Positions 30,927 to 40,308 of a DNA stretch of 64,000 nt are shown here, piece after piece. Each line of letters begins with the position of its first letter. The stretch's first letter is position 1. A program made the translations under genes and the position numbers. Where the stretch lies: the NCBI GenBank assembly GCA_030041155.1, contig JASHOJ010000078.1, positions 751-64,750 of the forward strand, given 5' to 3'. The stretch is from Candidatus Binataceae bacterium (GTDB taxonomy: Bacteria; Desulfobacterota; Binatia; Binatales; Binataceae). The notes under the pieces were generated by a model. The model searched no databases. It had not been told where the DNA came from and saw nothing but the letters and a program-made list of their open reading frames with translations.

Positions 30927-32351
30927 ATGGTTGCCCGGCTTTCCATTCCCAGAATCGTGGTCGGCGCGACGGGAAGCGGATGCGGCAAAACCACGGTTAG
31001 CCTCGCGATCGCGGCGGCGCTGCGGGCGCGCGGCATCAAGGTAGCCGCTTTCAAGTGCGGGCCCGATTATCTTGACCCGAGCTATCACGCGCGCGTGCTG
31101 GGACACACGTCGCAGAACCTCGACAGTTGGATGATGGGGCGCGAAGCGGTGCTCGCAACCGTCGCTCGCGCGGCGCGTGGATCCGATCTCGCGATCATTG
31201 AAGGAATGATGGGGCTCTTCGATGGAGCCACACCCGACAGCGACGAGGGATCGACGGCCGAAATCGCAAAATGGCTCGATGCGCCGGTGCTACTGGTGCT
31301 CGATGCGTCGGGAATCGCGAGGACGGTTTCAGCGATCGCGGCCGGATTCGCGGGCTTCGATCGAGCGCTGAAAGTCGCAGGCCTCATCTGCAATCGCGTG
31401 GGCGGCAAGGGCCATCTCGACCTGCTGCGCGCGGCAAATTCGGAAACGCCGATCGTAGGCGGTCTTCCATTCGAAGCCGCGGTCGCATTTCCGGAGCGCC
31501 ACCTGGGACTGATGCGAGCCGATGAAAAATCCGTTCCGGATGGGGTAATAGAACGGCTGGCGGACCTCGGCACACGATGGCTCGACCTGGACGCGGTTGT
31601 CGCGCTTGCGAAATCCGCGCCGCCGCTTGAGGTTCCGGAGCGGGAAGACGCAGGACCGCGCGCGACACCTCGATGCACAATCGCCGTTGCATATGACGAC
31701 GCTTTTCATTTCTACTACGAAGATAATCTGCGCCGCCTCGAAGAATCCGGCGCTGAGCTGGTGCGATTCTCGCCGGCTTTCGATTCAGAGCCGCCGCGCG
31801 CCGACGGTATCTATATCGGCGGCGGCTATCCCGAAGCGCTCGCAAACGAGCTTTCATCGAACCGATCGATGCTCGCGGGAATACGAGAATTCGCGACGGG
31901 CGGGGGACCAATTTACGCCGAGTGCGGCGGGTTGATGTATCTGTGCGAAGGAATTCGCACAATTGATGGGAGGTTGTGGCCGATGGCCGGACTGATTGCG
32001 GGAATCGCTGTGATGCGCGATCGACTGCAGGCGATCGGATACGTGGAAGTTGAGACGCGCGCTCCGACATTAATCGGCGTGGCAGGACTTCGATTTCGAG
32101 GGCATCAGTTTCGCTACTCGGAGCTTCAGCAATCGAGCATTGAGGTCGAGCGCACCATAAAGGCCTATCACGTGGTGTCGCGATGGACCGGCGCAGCGTT
32201 TGAAGAGGGATTCGCTTTCCGCAATGTGCTTGGCTCCTACGTTCATGCGCACTGGGCGTCGAACGGGTTGGCGGCAGAGGGCTTCGTTGAATCGTGCGCG
32301 CGATTTCACCAATCTGGACGTGAGGATCTTCGGGTCCGAAACTTTCGATGA
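30927..32351 (+). CDS. cbiA: Cobyrinate a,c-diamide synthase (CbiA/CobB)
   Basis: SGCGKTT, FKCGPDYLDP, IEGMMGLFDG, ERHLGL, AFHFYY, GGGYPE, YAECGG (GATase Cys), SYVHAH. Confidence 0.93.
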   Translation: MVARLSIPRIVVGATGSGCGKTTVSLAIAAALRARGIKVAAFKCGPDYLDPSYHARVLGHTSQNLDSWMMGREAVLATVARAARGSDLAIIEGMMGLFDGATPDSDEGSTAEIAKWLDAPVLLVLDASGIARTVSAIAAGFAGFDRALKVAGLICNRVGGKGHLDLLRAANSETPIVGGLPFEAAVAFPERHLGLMRADEKSVPDGVIERLADLGTRWLDLDAVVALAKSAPPLEVPEREDAGPRATPRCTIAVAYDDAFHFYYEDNLRRLEESGAELVRFSPAFDSEPPRADGIYIGGGYPEALANELSSNRSMLAGIREFATGGGPIYAECGGLMYLCEGIRTIDGRLWPMAGLIAGIAVMRDRLQAIGYVEVETRAPTLIGVAGLRFRGHQFRYSELQQSSIEVERTIKAYHVVSRWTGAAFEEGFAFRNVLGSYVHAHWASNGLAAEGFVESCARFHQSGREDLRVRNFR

Positions 32352-33199
32352 AAGCCGACCAGGAAAACTCGCTGTCAAAAAGCCGCGACGCGGTTCCGTC
32401 CGCGCCTCTTACGCTCGAAGGCTACGCGATTTTGCATCAGATGTTCCGGATTCGGCGGACGAAGTGGCGCTCCGCGGATAGCAAGGAGCGCGCATCGATA
32501 ATTGCCGAAGCGGAGGCGGCGCTTTCCGCGATGGCGCCTGGGAGCGACGGCGAATCGGCGGCATTCTCAGTCCTCGGCCACAAGAGCGACCTTCTGCTGA
32601 TTCATTTTCGGCGCGGATTCGACGAGCTTGGCGAGGTGGAGCAAGAGATCGGAGCACTTGCGCTAAGCGATTTCCTTGAACCGGTGACATCATACCTTTC
32701 GATGATCGAGATTGGGCTCTACGAGGCGACGGTCGCGATGCACACGCGCCTTGATCGCGAAAACATTCGTCCTCGCACGCCCGAATGGAGCCAGGCAGTT
32801 GCGGCGGAGCTGTCGGCGCAGCGTCAAAAGCTGGGGACGCGGCTGTATCCGAAAATTCCCGCGCGGCGCTACTTGTGCTTCTATCCGATGGACAAGAAGC
32901 GCGAGGGCGACGACAACTGGTATCGCCTGCCAATCGAGGAACGCCGCCGGCTGATGCACGAGCATGGGATGGTTGGGCGGCGATTCGCGGGAGAGGTAAC
33001 TCAGATAATTTCCGGATCGATCGGTTTCGACGACTTCGAGTGGGGAGTGGATCTGTTCGCAGACGACCCGCTGGTGTTCAAGAAACTGATTTACGAGATG
33101 CGTTTCGACGAGGCGAGCGCAGGCTATGCGAAATTCGGCCCCTTCTATGTTGGAATCCGAACCGAGGCGCAGGAACTCGGCGAGCTGATGCCCGCCTGA
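32348..33199 (+). CDS. chdC: Coproheme decarboxylase (ChdC/HemQ)
   Basis: APLTLEG..LHQ, FYPMDKKR (catalytic Tyr), NWY.LP, HEHG (proximal His), QIISGS.GFDD.EWGV, YEMRFDE; ATGA overlap with cbiA. Confidence 0.88.
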   Translation: MKADQENSLSKSRDAVPSAPLTLEGYAILHQMFRIRRTKWRSADSKERASIIAEAEAALSAMAPGSDGESAAFSVLGHKSDLLLIHFRRGFDELGEVEQEIGALALSDFLEPVTSYLSMIEIGLYEATVAMHTRLDRENIRPRTPEWSQAVAAELSAQRQKLGTRLYPKIPARRYLCFYPMDKKREGDDNWYRLPIEERRRLMHEHGMVGRRFAGEVTQIISGSIGFDDFEWGVDLFADDPLVFKKLIYEMRFDEASAGYAKFGPFYVGIRTEAQELGELMPA

Positions 33200-33265
33200 G
33201 CGCCACACGCGACGCTTCGAAATTAACAGCGGTGATTAATTGGCGGAGACCTCAGGCCGTCGCGC

Positions 33266-33496
33266 TTAACGCTTGCGCCGCGACTCGAGCTCATCCTCGA
33301 CTTCATCGCGAATCGGAAAGCGCCCGGTCTTCGCCTTGGAAAAGATAAGGCTGCCGTCGGCGATTACGTCGAACTGGCCTGACTTTCCGGGAGTGATCTC
33401 CACGCTGTAACCGAAGCGATCCTTGATGGATGCGGCCAGACTGGCCGCCTGAGGCTTATAGCCTCAAGCCGAGCAATAGAGAATTTCAATAGCCAT
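33266..33496 (-). CDS. Rdx (SelW/SelT/SelH) family selenoprotein, TGA at 33464-33466 read as Sec
   Basis: MAIEILYCSAUGYKPQAASLAASIKDRFGYSVEITPGKSGQFDVIADGSLIFSKAKTGRFPIRDEVEDELESRRKR*: YCxxU plus G.F.V, IFSK and GRFP Rdx signatures; absent from the ORF track. Confidence 0.92.
33432..33448 (-). promoter_or_regulatory. Bacterial SECIS-like hairpin
   Basis: mRNA GCGGCCA-GUC-UGGCCGC; stem starts 15 nt after the UGA, loop begins GU. Confidence 0.7.
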
Positions 33497-33502
33497 GATT
33501 TG

Positions 33503-33531
33503 AGGCTAGCGCTCTACTGCGATTCCCTCAA
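33503..33531 (-). promoter_or_regulatory. Candidate sigma70 promoter giving a leaderless selenoprotein mRNA
   Basis: TTGAGG-N17-TAGCCT-N6-ATG; no SD at canonical distance. Confidence 0.5.
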
Positions 33532-33568
33532 CGATCGCCGGTGTGTGCGCACCATCAGTGCGCGCGAG

Positions 33569-34132
33569 CTAGCGCCCGTTTGGCAGGTCCACAAAGACCG
33601 CGGCCGCAACCACAGAGGACCACAGGCCATCGCGATCACCTATCGCGGACTGGGTGACATTGCGGGTGGTGATGATCTTATCGGAGAGGCGCCAGACGTC
33701 CTTACGCTCGTCGTAACTCGCGTTAGGATCGAAATCGACGCCCAAGATGGTCGCGAGCATCTGCGCGGCAAGATCCTCAGCATAATCGCCGGCTTTCTGA
33801 TCCGTCTCGCCGAAGCTGTGATGCTCCGAAAGGTAACCGTACTGATCTGGGTTGGCGGGAATCGCGACGCCGACCGAAGCGGCAATGAGCCGATGGGGCT
33901 CGTTGATCGCGTTCTCGCTCATCACCGCATAGACAATCTGGCCGGGGCTCAGGTACTTGAGTCCTTCCTGCTGGCTGATAAGCCGGCAGCGCGGCGGAAA
34001 AATGGATTTTACGCGAACGAGATTGTATTCCGCGATTCCGGCGGAACGCAGCGACATCTCGAACGCGGTGAGTTTCTCGCGATGTTTGCCGACACCTTTG
34101 GTGAGAAATGCGGCCTTCGGAAGCGGTCCCAT
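33569..34132 (-). CDS. pdaD: Pyruvoyl-dependent arginine decarboxylase family protein
   Basis: FLTKGVGKH.EKL.AFE..LR.AGI..YNLVRVKSIFPP, YGYLSEHH, YAEDLAAQMLAT. Confidence 0.88.
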   Translation of the reverse strand: MGPLPKAAFLTKGVGKHREKLTAFEMSLRSAGIAEYNLVRVKSIFPPRCRLISQQEGLKYLSPGQIVYAVMSENAINEPHRLIAASVGVAIPANPDQYGYLSEHHSFGETDQKAGDYAEDLAAQMLATILGVDFDPNASYDERKDVWRLSDKIITTRNVTQSAIGDRDGLWSSVVAAAVFVDLPNGR

Positions 34133-34277
34133 CTACGTTGGTTCTCTCCTGAGTAAGCGGCCTGATCCCGCCGCGCAGCGCTTCATTACGACACGCAATC
34201 CATCAAAACAGCCAATCGAGCGCGCCGGCGATCCGAACCGAGATCGTCTATTATACAATGCCGGGAGCGGGCGCTAC

Positions 34278-35954
34278 TCATAGGGTATTGACGGGCTGAT
34301 ATTCGCCGAACACGCGGCGCATCGCATCCGCGATCTCGCCGAGCGTGCACCATGCGCGCACCGCATCGACGATGGCGGGCATCAGGTTGGTGCCATTGCG
34401 CGCCGCCGCCTCGACGCGCTTCAGGCCGGCGCGAGCCCTGGCACCATCGCGTTCGGCGCGAACCCTGGCGAGGCTTCGCTTCTGTTTTTCCTCCAGCTCG
34501 GGATTCACCTTGAGAATATCCTTCGGCAGCTCGCCGCCGTCGGTGAATTGATTGACGCCGACGATGATTCTTTGTTTCGTTTCGATTTCGCGCTGATAGA
34601 GATACGCAGCGTTCTGAATTTCGCGCTGCTGATACCCGCGTTCGATCGCTGCGACCGCGCCGCCCAGGTCGTCGATACGGGAAAGATATTCGCGGGCGCG
34701 CGCTTCCAGCTCGTCGGTCAGCTTCTCGAGGAAGTACGCGCCGCCGAGCGGATCGATCGTGTCCGCGACGCCGGATTCGTAGGCGATCAACTGCTGAGTG
34801 CGCAGGGCGAGCAACACCGAAGATTCGGTTGGCAGCGCCAGCGCCTCGTCGCGGGAGTTGGTGTGCAGCGACTGCGCGCCCCCAAGCACGGCCGCCATCG
34901 CCTGCATCGCAACCCGCACGACGTTGTTGTCAACCTGCTGGGCCGTCAGAGTTGACCCCGCAGTTTGCGCATGAAACCGCATCATCATCGAGCGCTCGTC
35001 GGCGGCGCCGAAGCGTTCTTTCATAATCCGCGCCCACATCCGGCGGGCGGCTCGGAATTTCGCAATCTCCTCGAAGAAATTGTTGTGAACATTGAAAAAG
35101 AACGAAAGCCGGCTTGCGAAGCTGTCGACCTTGAGCCCCGCTTTAACCGCGGCGTCGACATACGCGATCGCATCGGCGAGCGTGAACGCCAGCTCCTGTG
35201 CCGCGGTCGAGCCCGCCTCACGAATGTGGTACCCGGAAATCGAAATCGTGTTCCAATTCGGCACTTCCTTCGATGCGAAGCTGAAGATGTCGGTGATTAT
35301 CCGCATCGAGCCGCGCGGCGGATAAATATAAGTGCCGCGCGCAATGTATTCTTTCAGCAAATCGTTCTGGATGGTGCCGTTCACCTTGTCCCACCCGACT
35401 CCGCGCCGCTCGGCCGCGACCAGATAGAGCGCCAGCAGAATCGAGGCGGTCGCGTTTATCGTCATCGAGGTGGAAATTCGATCGAGGGGCAAATCCGAGA
35501 GCAGCGTCTCCATATCGGCGAGCGATCCGATCGAGACGCCGACCCGCCCCACTTCGCCGGCGGCAAGTGGATGATCCGAATCGCGGCCCATCTGGGTCGG
35601 GAGGTCGAACGCTACCGACAGTCCGGTCTGCCCCTGCTCGAAGAGGTAGCGGTAGCGGCGGTTCGATTCCTCAGCGGTACCGAAGCCCGCGTACTGGCGC
35701 ATCGTCCACATACGTCCGCGATACATGGTGGGCTGCACGCCGCGGGTAAAAGGATACTGGCCGGGAAATCCGAGCTCGGTCGCGTAGTCGAAACCATCTA
35801 GATCGGCGGGATCGTAGGTCCGCTTAATCTCGATATCCGAGCTGGTGGTGAATTTTTCCTTGCGCTCCTTGCCGCGTTTGAGGGCGGGCGCGAGTTTCTG
35901 TTCCTGCCACTGTTTGCGCGCGGAGTCGAGCGCCTTGGATTTGGGATCAGCCAT
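34278..35954 (-). CDS. Methylmalonyl-CoA mutase large (substrate-binding) subunit, no B12-binding domain
   Basis: [22 protein letters not shown] (Tyr specificity residue), [36 protein letters not shown]. Confidence 0.94.
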   Translation of the reverse strand: MADPKSKALDSARKQWQEQKLAPALKRGKERKEKFTTSSDIEIKRTYDPADLDGFDYATELGFPGQYPFTRGVQPTMYRGRMWTMRQYAGFGTAEESNRRYRYLFEQGQTGLSVAFDLPTQMGRDSDHPLAAGEVGRVGVSIGSLADMETLLSDLPLDRISTSMTINATASILLALYLVAAERRGVGWDKVNGTIQNDLLKEYIARGTYIYPPRGSMRIITDIFSFASKEVPNWNTISISGYHIREAGSTAAQELAFTLADAIAYVDAAVKAGLKVDSFASRLSFFFNVHNNFFEEIAKFRAARRMWARIMKERFGAADERSMMMRFHAQTAGSTLTAQQVDNNVVRVAMQAMAAVLGGAQSLHTNSRDEALALPTESSVLLALRTQQLIAYESGVADTIDPLGGAYFLEKLTDELEARAREYLSRIDDLGGAVAAIERGYQQREIQNAAYLYQREIETKQRIIVGVNQFTDGGELPKDILKVNPELEEKQKRSLARVRAERDGARARAGLKRVEAAARNGTNLMPAIVDAVRAWCTLGEIADAMRRVFGEYQPVNTL

Positions 35955-35980
35955 TGCTCTTCCGCTAGTTGATTCCTGCG

Positions 35981-36484
35981 CTATTCGATAACGATCAGGA
36001 GCTCGCCCTTCTCCACGGTCTGACCCGCCACAACTCTGACCTCGATCACCTTGCCGTTCTTTGGACTCTTGAGCTCATTCTCCATCTTCATGGCTTCGAT
36101 AGTAACAACTCCAGCGCCTGATTTAACGGTATCTCCCGCCGCGACCAGCACGTTGACGACTCGTCCCGGCATCGCGGCCTTGATTTCCGCTCGGCCGCTG
36201 ACCTCGCGGCCGGATGACGCAGCTTTGCGCCGTCTGCGCGCGGCGTCCACCAGCGTAAGACGCGTCGCGCCCGCTCTTGATGCAACCACTATCTCTTCGC
36301 CGTCGCGCGCAACATCAAAATCGAACGAGCGTCCGTTCACGATCACCGAAAACGCCTCAGGCCCGACCTTTCGCAGGTCCGCTTCGAATCGATGCGCACC
36401 GAAACGAATTTCGAAGTTACCGGCGGAGAGTTCCTCGACCTCGATCTCGTGCTCCCTCTCGGCAAGCATGGCCAGGTAGCGCAT
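35981..36484 (-). CDS. Biotin carboxyl carrier protein
   Basis: [16 protein letters not shown]. Confidence 0.93.
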   Translation of the reverse strand: MRYLAMLAEREHEIEVEELSAGNFEIRFGAHRFEADLRKVGPEAFSVIVNGRSFDFDVARDGEEIVVASRAGATRLTLVDAARRRRKAASSGREVSGRAEIKAAMPGRVVNVLVAAGDTVKSGAGVVTIEAMKMENELKSPKNGKVIEVRVVAGQTVEKGELLIVIE

Positions 36485-36497
36485 GGATATAACGTTC

Positions 36498-38012
36498 CTA
36501 TCTTCGCAGCGCGTCAATTCGGGCGAGATTGCGCCACGGCGACATCGCGGACTGAGCAGGGCGCGCGGGCATCTGGCCGTTAGAGTGGTTGGCGCCATTC
36601 TGCGACGCTATGGCGGCCAAAAAAATGGCAGCCGTCCGCGCAGGATCTTCGGCGTTCGGCGCCGCGCTAGGATGGAATTCCTGGCTGATAAAGTTGGTAT
36701 CGAAATCGCCGTTCAAAAACCGCGGGTGACGCAGAATCCATCTGTGAAACGACAAATTGGTCACGAGCTCGCCGGTGATGATGAATTCATCGAGCGCGCG
36801 GCGCATACGATCGGCGGCTTCGGCGCGATTGGCTCCCCAAGCCGCCAGCTTGGAGATCATCGGGTCGTAAAACATCGGCACTTCAGAACCCGCGTACACG
36901 CCCGCGTCATTTCGAACTCCGGGACCCTCGGGAAATCGCAGAGTCTGGATTTTCCCCGGTGCCGGCACGAATCCGGCATCGGGGTCCTCGGCGTAGATGC
37001 GGCACTCGATTGCCCATCCGCGCTGCGTGAGATCCGACTGCTTCCAGCCAAGTTTCTTACCTGCCGCAATCTCAATCTGCGCGCGCACCAGGTCGATGCC
37101 GGTGACCATCTCGGTTACCGGATGCTCAACCTGGATACGCGTGTTCATTTCAAGAAAGTAGAAGTTCCGGTCTGCGTCGGCGAGAAACTCGACCGTTCCG
37201 GCGCTCGTGTAACCTACCGCTTTCGCTGCCTGCACCGCGACCGCGCCCATCTTCGCGCGCATCGCGGGCGTCACGAATGGCGACGGCGACTCCTCGACGA
37301 CCTTCTGATGGCGCCGCTGAATGGAACATTCACGTTCGAAAAGATGGATGGTGTTGCCGTGCTCGTCGGCAAGCACCTGCACTTCGATGTGGCGCGGCTT
37401 GCGCACGAACTTTTCAACATAGAATCTGCCGTCGCCGAATGACGATCTTGCCTCGCTCGAAACAGTGCGCACGATCGACCCGAGATCCTTGTCGGACTCG
37501 ACCATCCGCATTCCCTTGCCGCCACCGCCGGCAGCCGCCTTGATCATGATCGGAAATCCGATCTGGTTCGCTATTTCACGCACCTGGGCTTCGGTTTCGA
37601 GTGTCCCCGGAGAACCGGGAACGACCGGCACGCCTGCATTCGCCATCAGCTTTCGCGCCTCGACCTTGTCGCCCATGTGCTCGATCGCGTCCGGCGGCGG
37701 CCCGATCCAAACCAGTCCAGCATTCCTGACGGCGCGCGCGAATTCGGCATTTTCGGAAAAGAATCCATAGCCCGGATGCACGGCGTCGGCGCCGGTCTTC
37801 CTGGCGGCCTCGAGAATCCGATCGATTCTGAGGTAGCTCTCGGCGGCCGGCGCCGCACCGACCAAGGCGGCGTAATCCGCCTGGCGAACGTGCAGCGCAC
37901 CGCGATCCGCCTCGGAGTAGATCGCGACGGATTCGAGACCCAACTCGCGGCACGCGCGAATAATCCTGACCGCGATCTCGCCGCGGTTGGCAATTAGAAC
38001 TCGCTTAAGCAT
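36498..38012 (-). CDS. pccA: Biotin carboxylase subunit of acyl-CoA (probably propionyl-CoA) carboxylase
   Basis: LIANRGEIA, HPGYGFFSEN, GGGGKGMR, ERECSIQRRHQK, FLEMNTRIQVEHPVTE. Confidence 0.93.
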   Translation of the reverse strand: MLKRVLIANRGEIAVRIIRACRELGLESVAIYSEADRGALHVRQADYAALVGAAPAAESYLRIDRILEAARKTGADAVHPGYGFFSENAEFARAVRNAGLVWIGPPPDAIEHMGDKVEARKLMANAGVPVVPGSPGTLETEAQVREIANQIGFPIMIKAAAGGGGKGMRMVESDKDLGSIVRTVSSEARSSFGDGRFYVEKFVRKPRHIEVQVLADEHGNTIHLFERECSIQRRHQKVVEESPSPFVTPAMRAKMGAVAVQAAKAVGYTSAGTVEFLADADRNFYFLEMNTRIQVEHPVTEMVTGIDLVRAQIEIAAGKKLGWKQSDLTQRGWAIECRIYAEDPDAGFVPAPGKIQTLRFPEGPGVRNDAGVYAGSEVPMFYDPMISKLAAWGANRAEAADRMRRALDEFIITGELVTNLSFHRWILRHPRFLNGDFDTNFISQEFHPSAAPNAEDPARTAAIFLAAIASQNGANHSNGQMPARPAQSAMSPWRNLARIDALRR

Positions 38013-38119
38013 CGGTGTTTCAACCAGTCTGTCCGTAGAGGAACAGGGCGCTCCTGCTTAGCCTGTTTATACTCAATCGCGCGAGATCTCGCGACATTTG
38101 TCGCGCTGCACCCGCTCCA

Positions 38120-39670
38120 TCAGAGAGGGATGTTGCCGTGCTTGCGCGCGGGATTGGTCTCACGCTTGTTTTCCACGGCGCGCAGCGCGCTGATGAGGCG
38201 CGGGCGCGTATCGCGCGGAAATATCACCTCATCAACGTAGCCCAACTCGGCGGCCTTGAACGGATTGGCGAACCGGGCGCGGTAGTCCGCGGTCAGGCGC
38301 GCTCTTTCCGCGGCAACGTCTTTGGCGTTTGCGATTTCGTTTCGGAACACGATGTTGATCGCCTGCTCGGGGCCCATCACGGCGATCTCCGCGGTCGGAT
38401 AGGCAAAGTTGAAATCGCCGCGGATATTCTTCGACGACATCACATCATATGCGCCGCCGTATGCCTTGCGCGTGATTACCGTCACCTTGGGAACAGTCGC
38501 TTCGCAGAAAGCAAACAGCAGTTTCGCGCCATGGCGAATTATTCCGCTGAACTCCTGGCCGGTGCCGGGCAGAAAGCCTGGCACGTCAACCAGTGTCACC
38601 AGCGGAATGTTGAACGAGTCGCAGAAGCGCACGAATCGAGCGGCCTTGACCGACGCGTCGATGTCCAATGCTCCGGCGAGAAAAGCGGGCTGGTTTGCGA
38701 CAATACCCACGGAATAGCCACCGAGACGCGCAAATCCGATCAGGATATTGCGTGCATAGTCGCGCTGGATTTCGAGGAAATGACCGTCATCGACAACCCG
38801 CCGGATTATTTCGCCCATGTCATACGGTTTGCTGGGATTCTCGGGAACGATCGAGTCGAGCGCGGCGTCAGTGCGATTAATATCGTCGCTGGTCGCGACG
38901 AACGGCGGATCTTCGACGTTGTTGGACGGAATAAAAGACAGCAGTTCGCGCAGCACCAGCAGGGCGCTCTGATCGTCTTCCGCCTCCAAGTGGCAAACGC
39001 CTGATTTCTGCGAGTGTGTATCGGCCCCGCCCAGCTCCTGCATCGTAACTTCTTCGTGAGTTGCCGCCCGGATCACGTCCGGTCCGGTCAGGAACATGTA
39101 CGACGTGTCGCGCACCATCACGACAAAGTCCGTGATCGCTGGTGAATAGACCGCGCCGCCAGCGCATGGCCCCATGATCGCAGAGAGTTGCGGCACCACG
39201 CCCGAGGCCATCACGTTGCGCAGAAAAATATCCGCATAGCCTGCGAGCGACACGACTCCTTCCTGAATCCGTGCGCCGCTGCCGTCATTGAGTCCAATAA
39301 CGGGGCATCCGGTCTTGGTGGCCAGATCCATCACTTTGCAGACTTTCTCCGCGAACGCTCCGGACAAGCTTCCGCCAAAAACCGTGAAATCGTGTGAGAA
39401 GACGCAGACCTGGCGGCCCTCGATCGTGCCGTATCCGGTCACGACCCCATCGCCAGGGATCTTCTTGCCGGCCATGTCAAAGTCCGTAATGCGATGGGTC
39501 TTGAACTTGTCGAGTTCGACGAACGAGCCGCGATCGAGCAGAAAGTCGACTCGTTCGCGCGCGGTGAGGCGGCCATTCTGGCGCTGCTTCTTGAGCCGCT
39601 CTTCGCCCCCGCCAACCTCTGCCTCGCGGGAGAGTTTACCTATCCGATCGATGTTTTCTTTAAGACCCAT
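38120..39670 (-). CDS. pccB: Acyl-CoA carboxylase carboxyltransferase subunit
   Basis: [53 protein letters not shown]. Confidence 0.94.
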   Translation of the reverse strand: MGLKENIDRIGKLSREAEVGGGEERLKKQRQNGRLTARERVDFLLDRGSFVELDKFKTHRITDFDMAGKKIPGDGVVTGYGTIEGRQVCVFSHDFTVFGGSLSGAFAEKVCKVMDLATKTGCPVIGLNDGSGARIQEGVVSLAGYADIFLRNVMASGVVPQLSAIMGPCAGGAVYSPAITDFVVMVRDTSYMFLTGPDVIRAATHEEVTMQELGGADTHSQKSGVCHLEAEDDQSALLVLRELLSFIPSNNVEDPPFVATSDDINRTDAALDSIVPENPSKPYDMGEIIRRVVDDGHFLEIQRDYARNILIGFARLGGYSVGIVANQPAFLAGALDIDASVKAARFVRFCDSFNIPLVTLVDVPGFLPGTGQEFSGIIRHGAKLLFAFCEATVPKVTVITRKAYGGAYDVMSSKNIRGDFNFAYPTAEIAVMGPEQAINIVFRNEIANAKDVAAERARLTADYRARFANPFKAAELGYVDEVIFPRDTRPRLISALRAVENKRETNPARKHGNIPL

Positions 39671-39827
39671 GCGCAGTTTCCATCCGGCAAATGAACGAGA
39701 TGCAAACGATCACGGAATGATACGGCAGGCCCGCCCGCTCGCGCAACGCCGAAGAAGACGGCGCGCGAGAATGCGGCAACATGAGGATACAGCAATGTAG
39801 GGCCAGCGGCGTTTGCTGGCTTATTCG

Positions 39828-40289
39828 TCAATCCTGCGCTCGAGGGACGAATCCGCTGAATTTCAGATAATCACCCGCTGTCACGTGATGACGTGCGCAG
39901 AAGCCGCCGTTCACCTCAAGAACATAACTCGCATCGGCGTCGACACCGCGGGAACTCTCGTCATAAGGCCGCGCATTCTCCACGATACCGACGATCTTGC
40001 CGGAAGGATCAGCGAAAATCATGTCGAGCGGAATCTCCGTGTTCTTCATCCAGAACTTAAGCCGCGAGGGCGCCGCGAACACGAAGATCATACCTGCGTT
40101 TTCGTCCAGATGGCTGCGGTACATCAGACCTGTCTCTCGCTTCGGGTTGGTGTCCGCGATTTCAACCTTCACCGACTGAATCGGCTTGCCATCGGGTGTG
40201 ATGATGTCGACGCGCGGTCCATCCGAGCACGCAAACAAGGCAAATGCGAGGATAAGGATCAGGGCACGAAGCTTCGTGGTCACTTGCAT
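39828..40289 (-). CDS. DUF192 family lipoprotein
   Basis: Lipobox LFAC; VEIADT...RETGLMYR, FWMKNTEIPLDMIF, YVLEVNGG. Confidence 0.88.
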   Translation of the reverse strand: MQVTTKLRALILILAFALFACSDGPRVDIITPDGKPIQSVKVEIADTNPKRETGLMYRSHLDENAGMIFVFAAPSRLKFWMKNTEIPLDMIFADPSGKIVGIVENARPYDESSRGVDADASYVLEVNGGFCARHHVTAGDYLKFSGFVPRAQD

Positions 40290-40308
40290 CGACAAGACGG
40301 GACGATGA

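Noticed and set aside
32348-33199. Chlorite dismutase
   Set aside because: Has ChdC-type YPMxK and distal Gln and no export signal.
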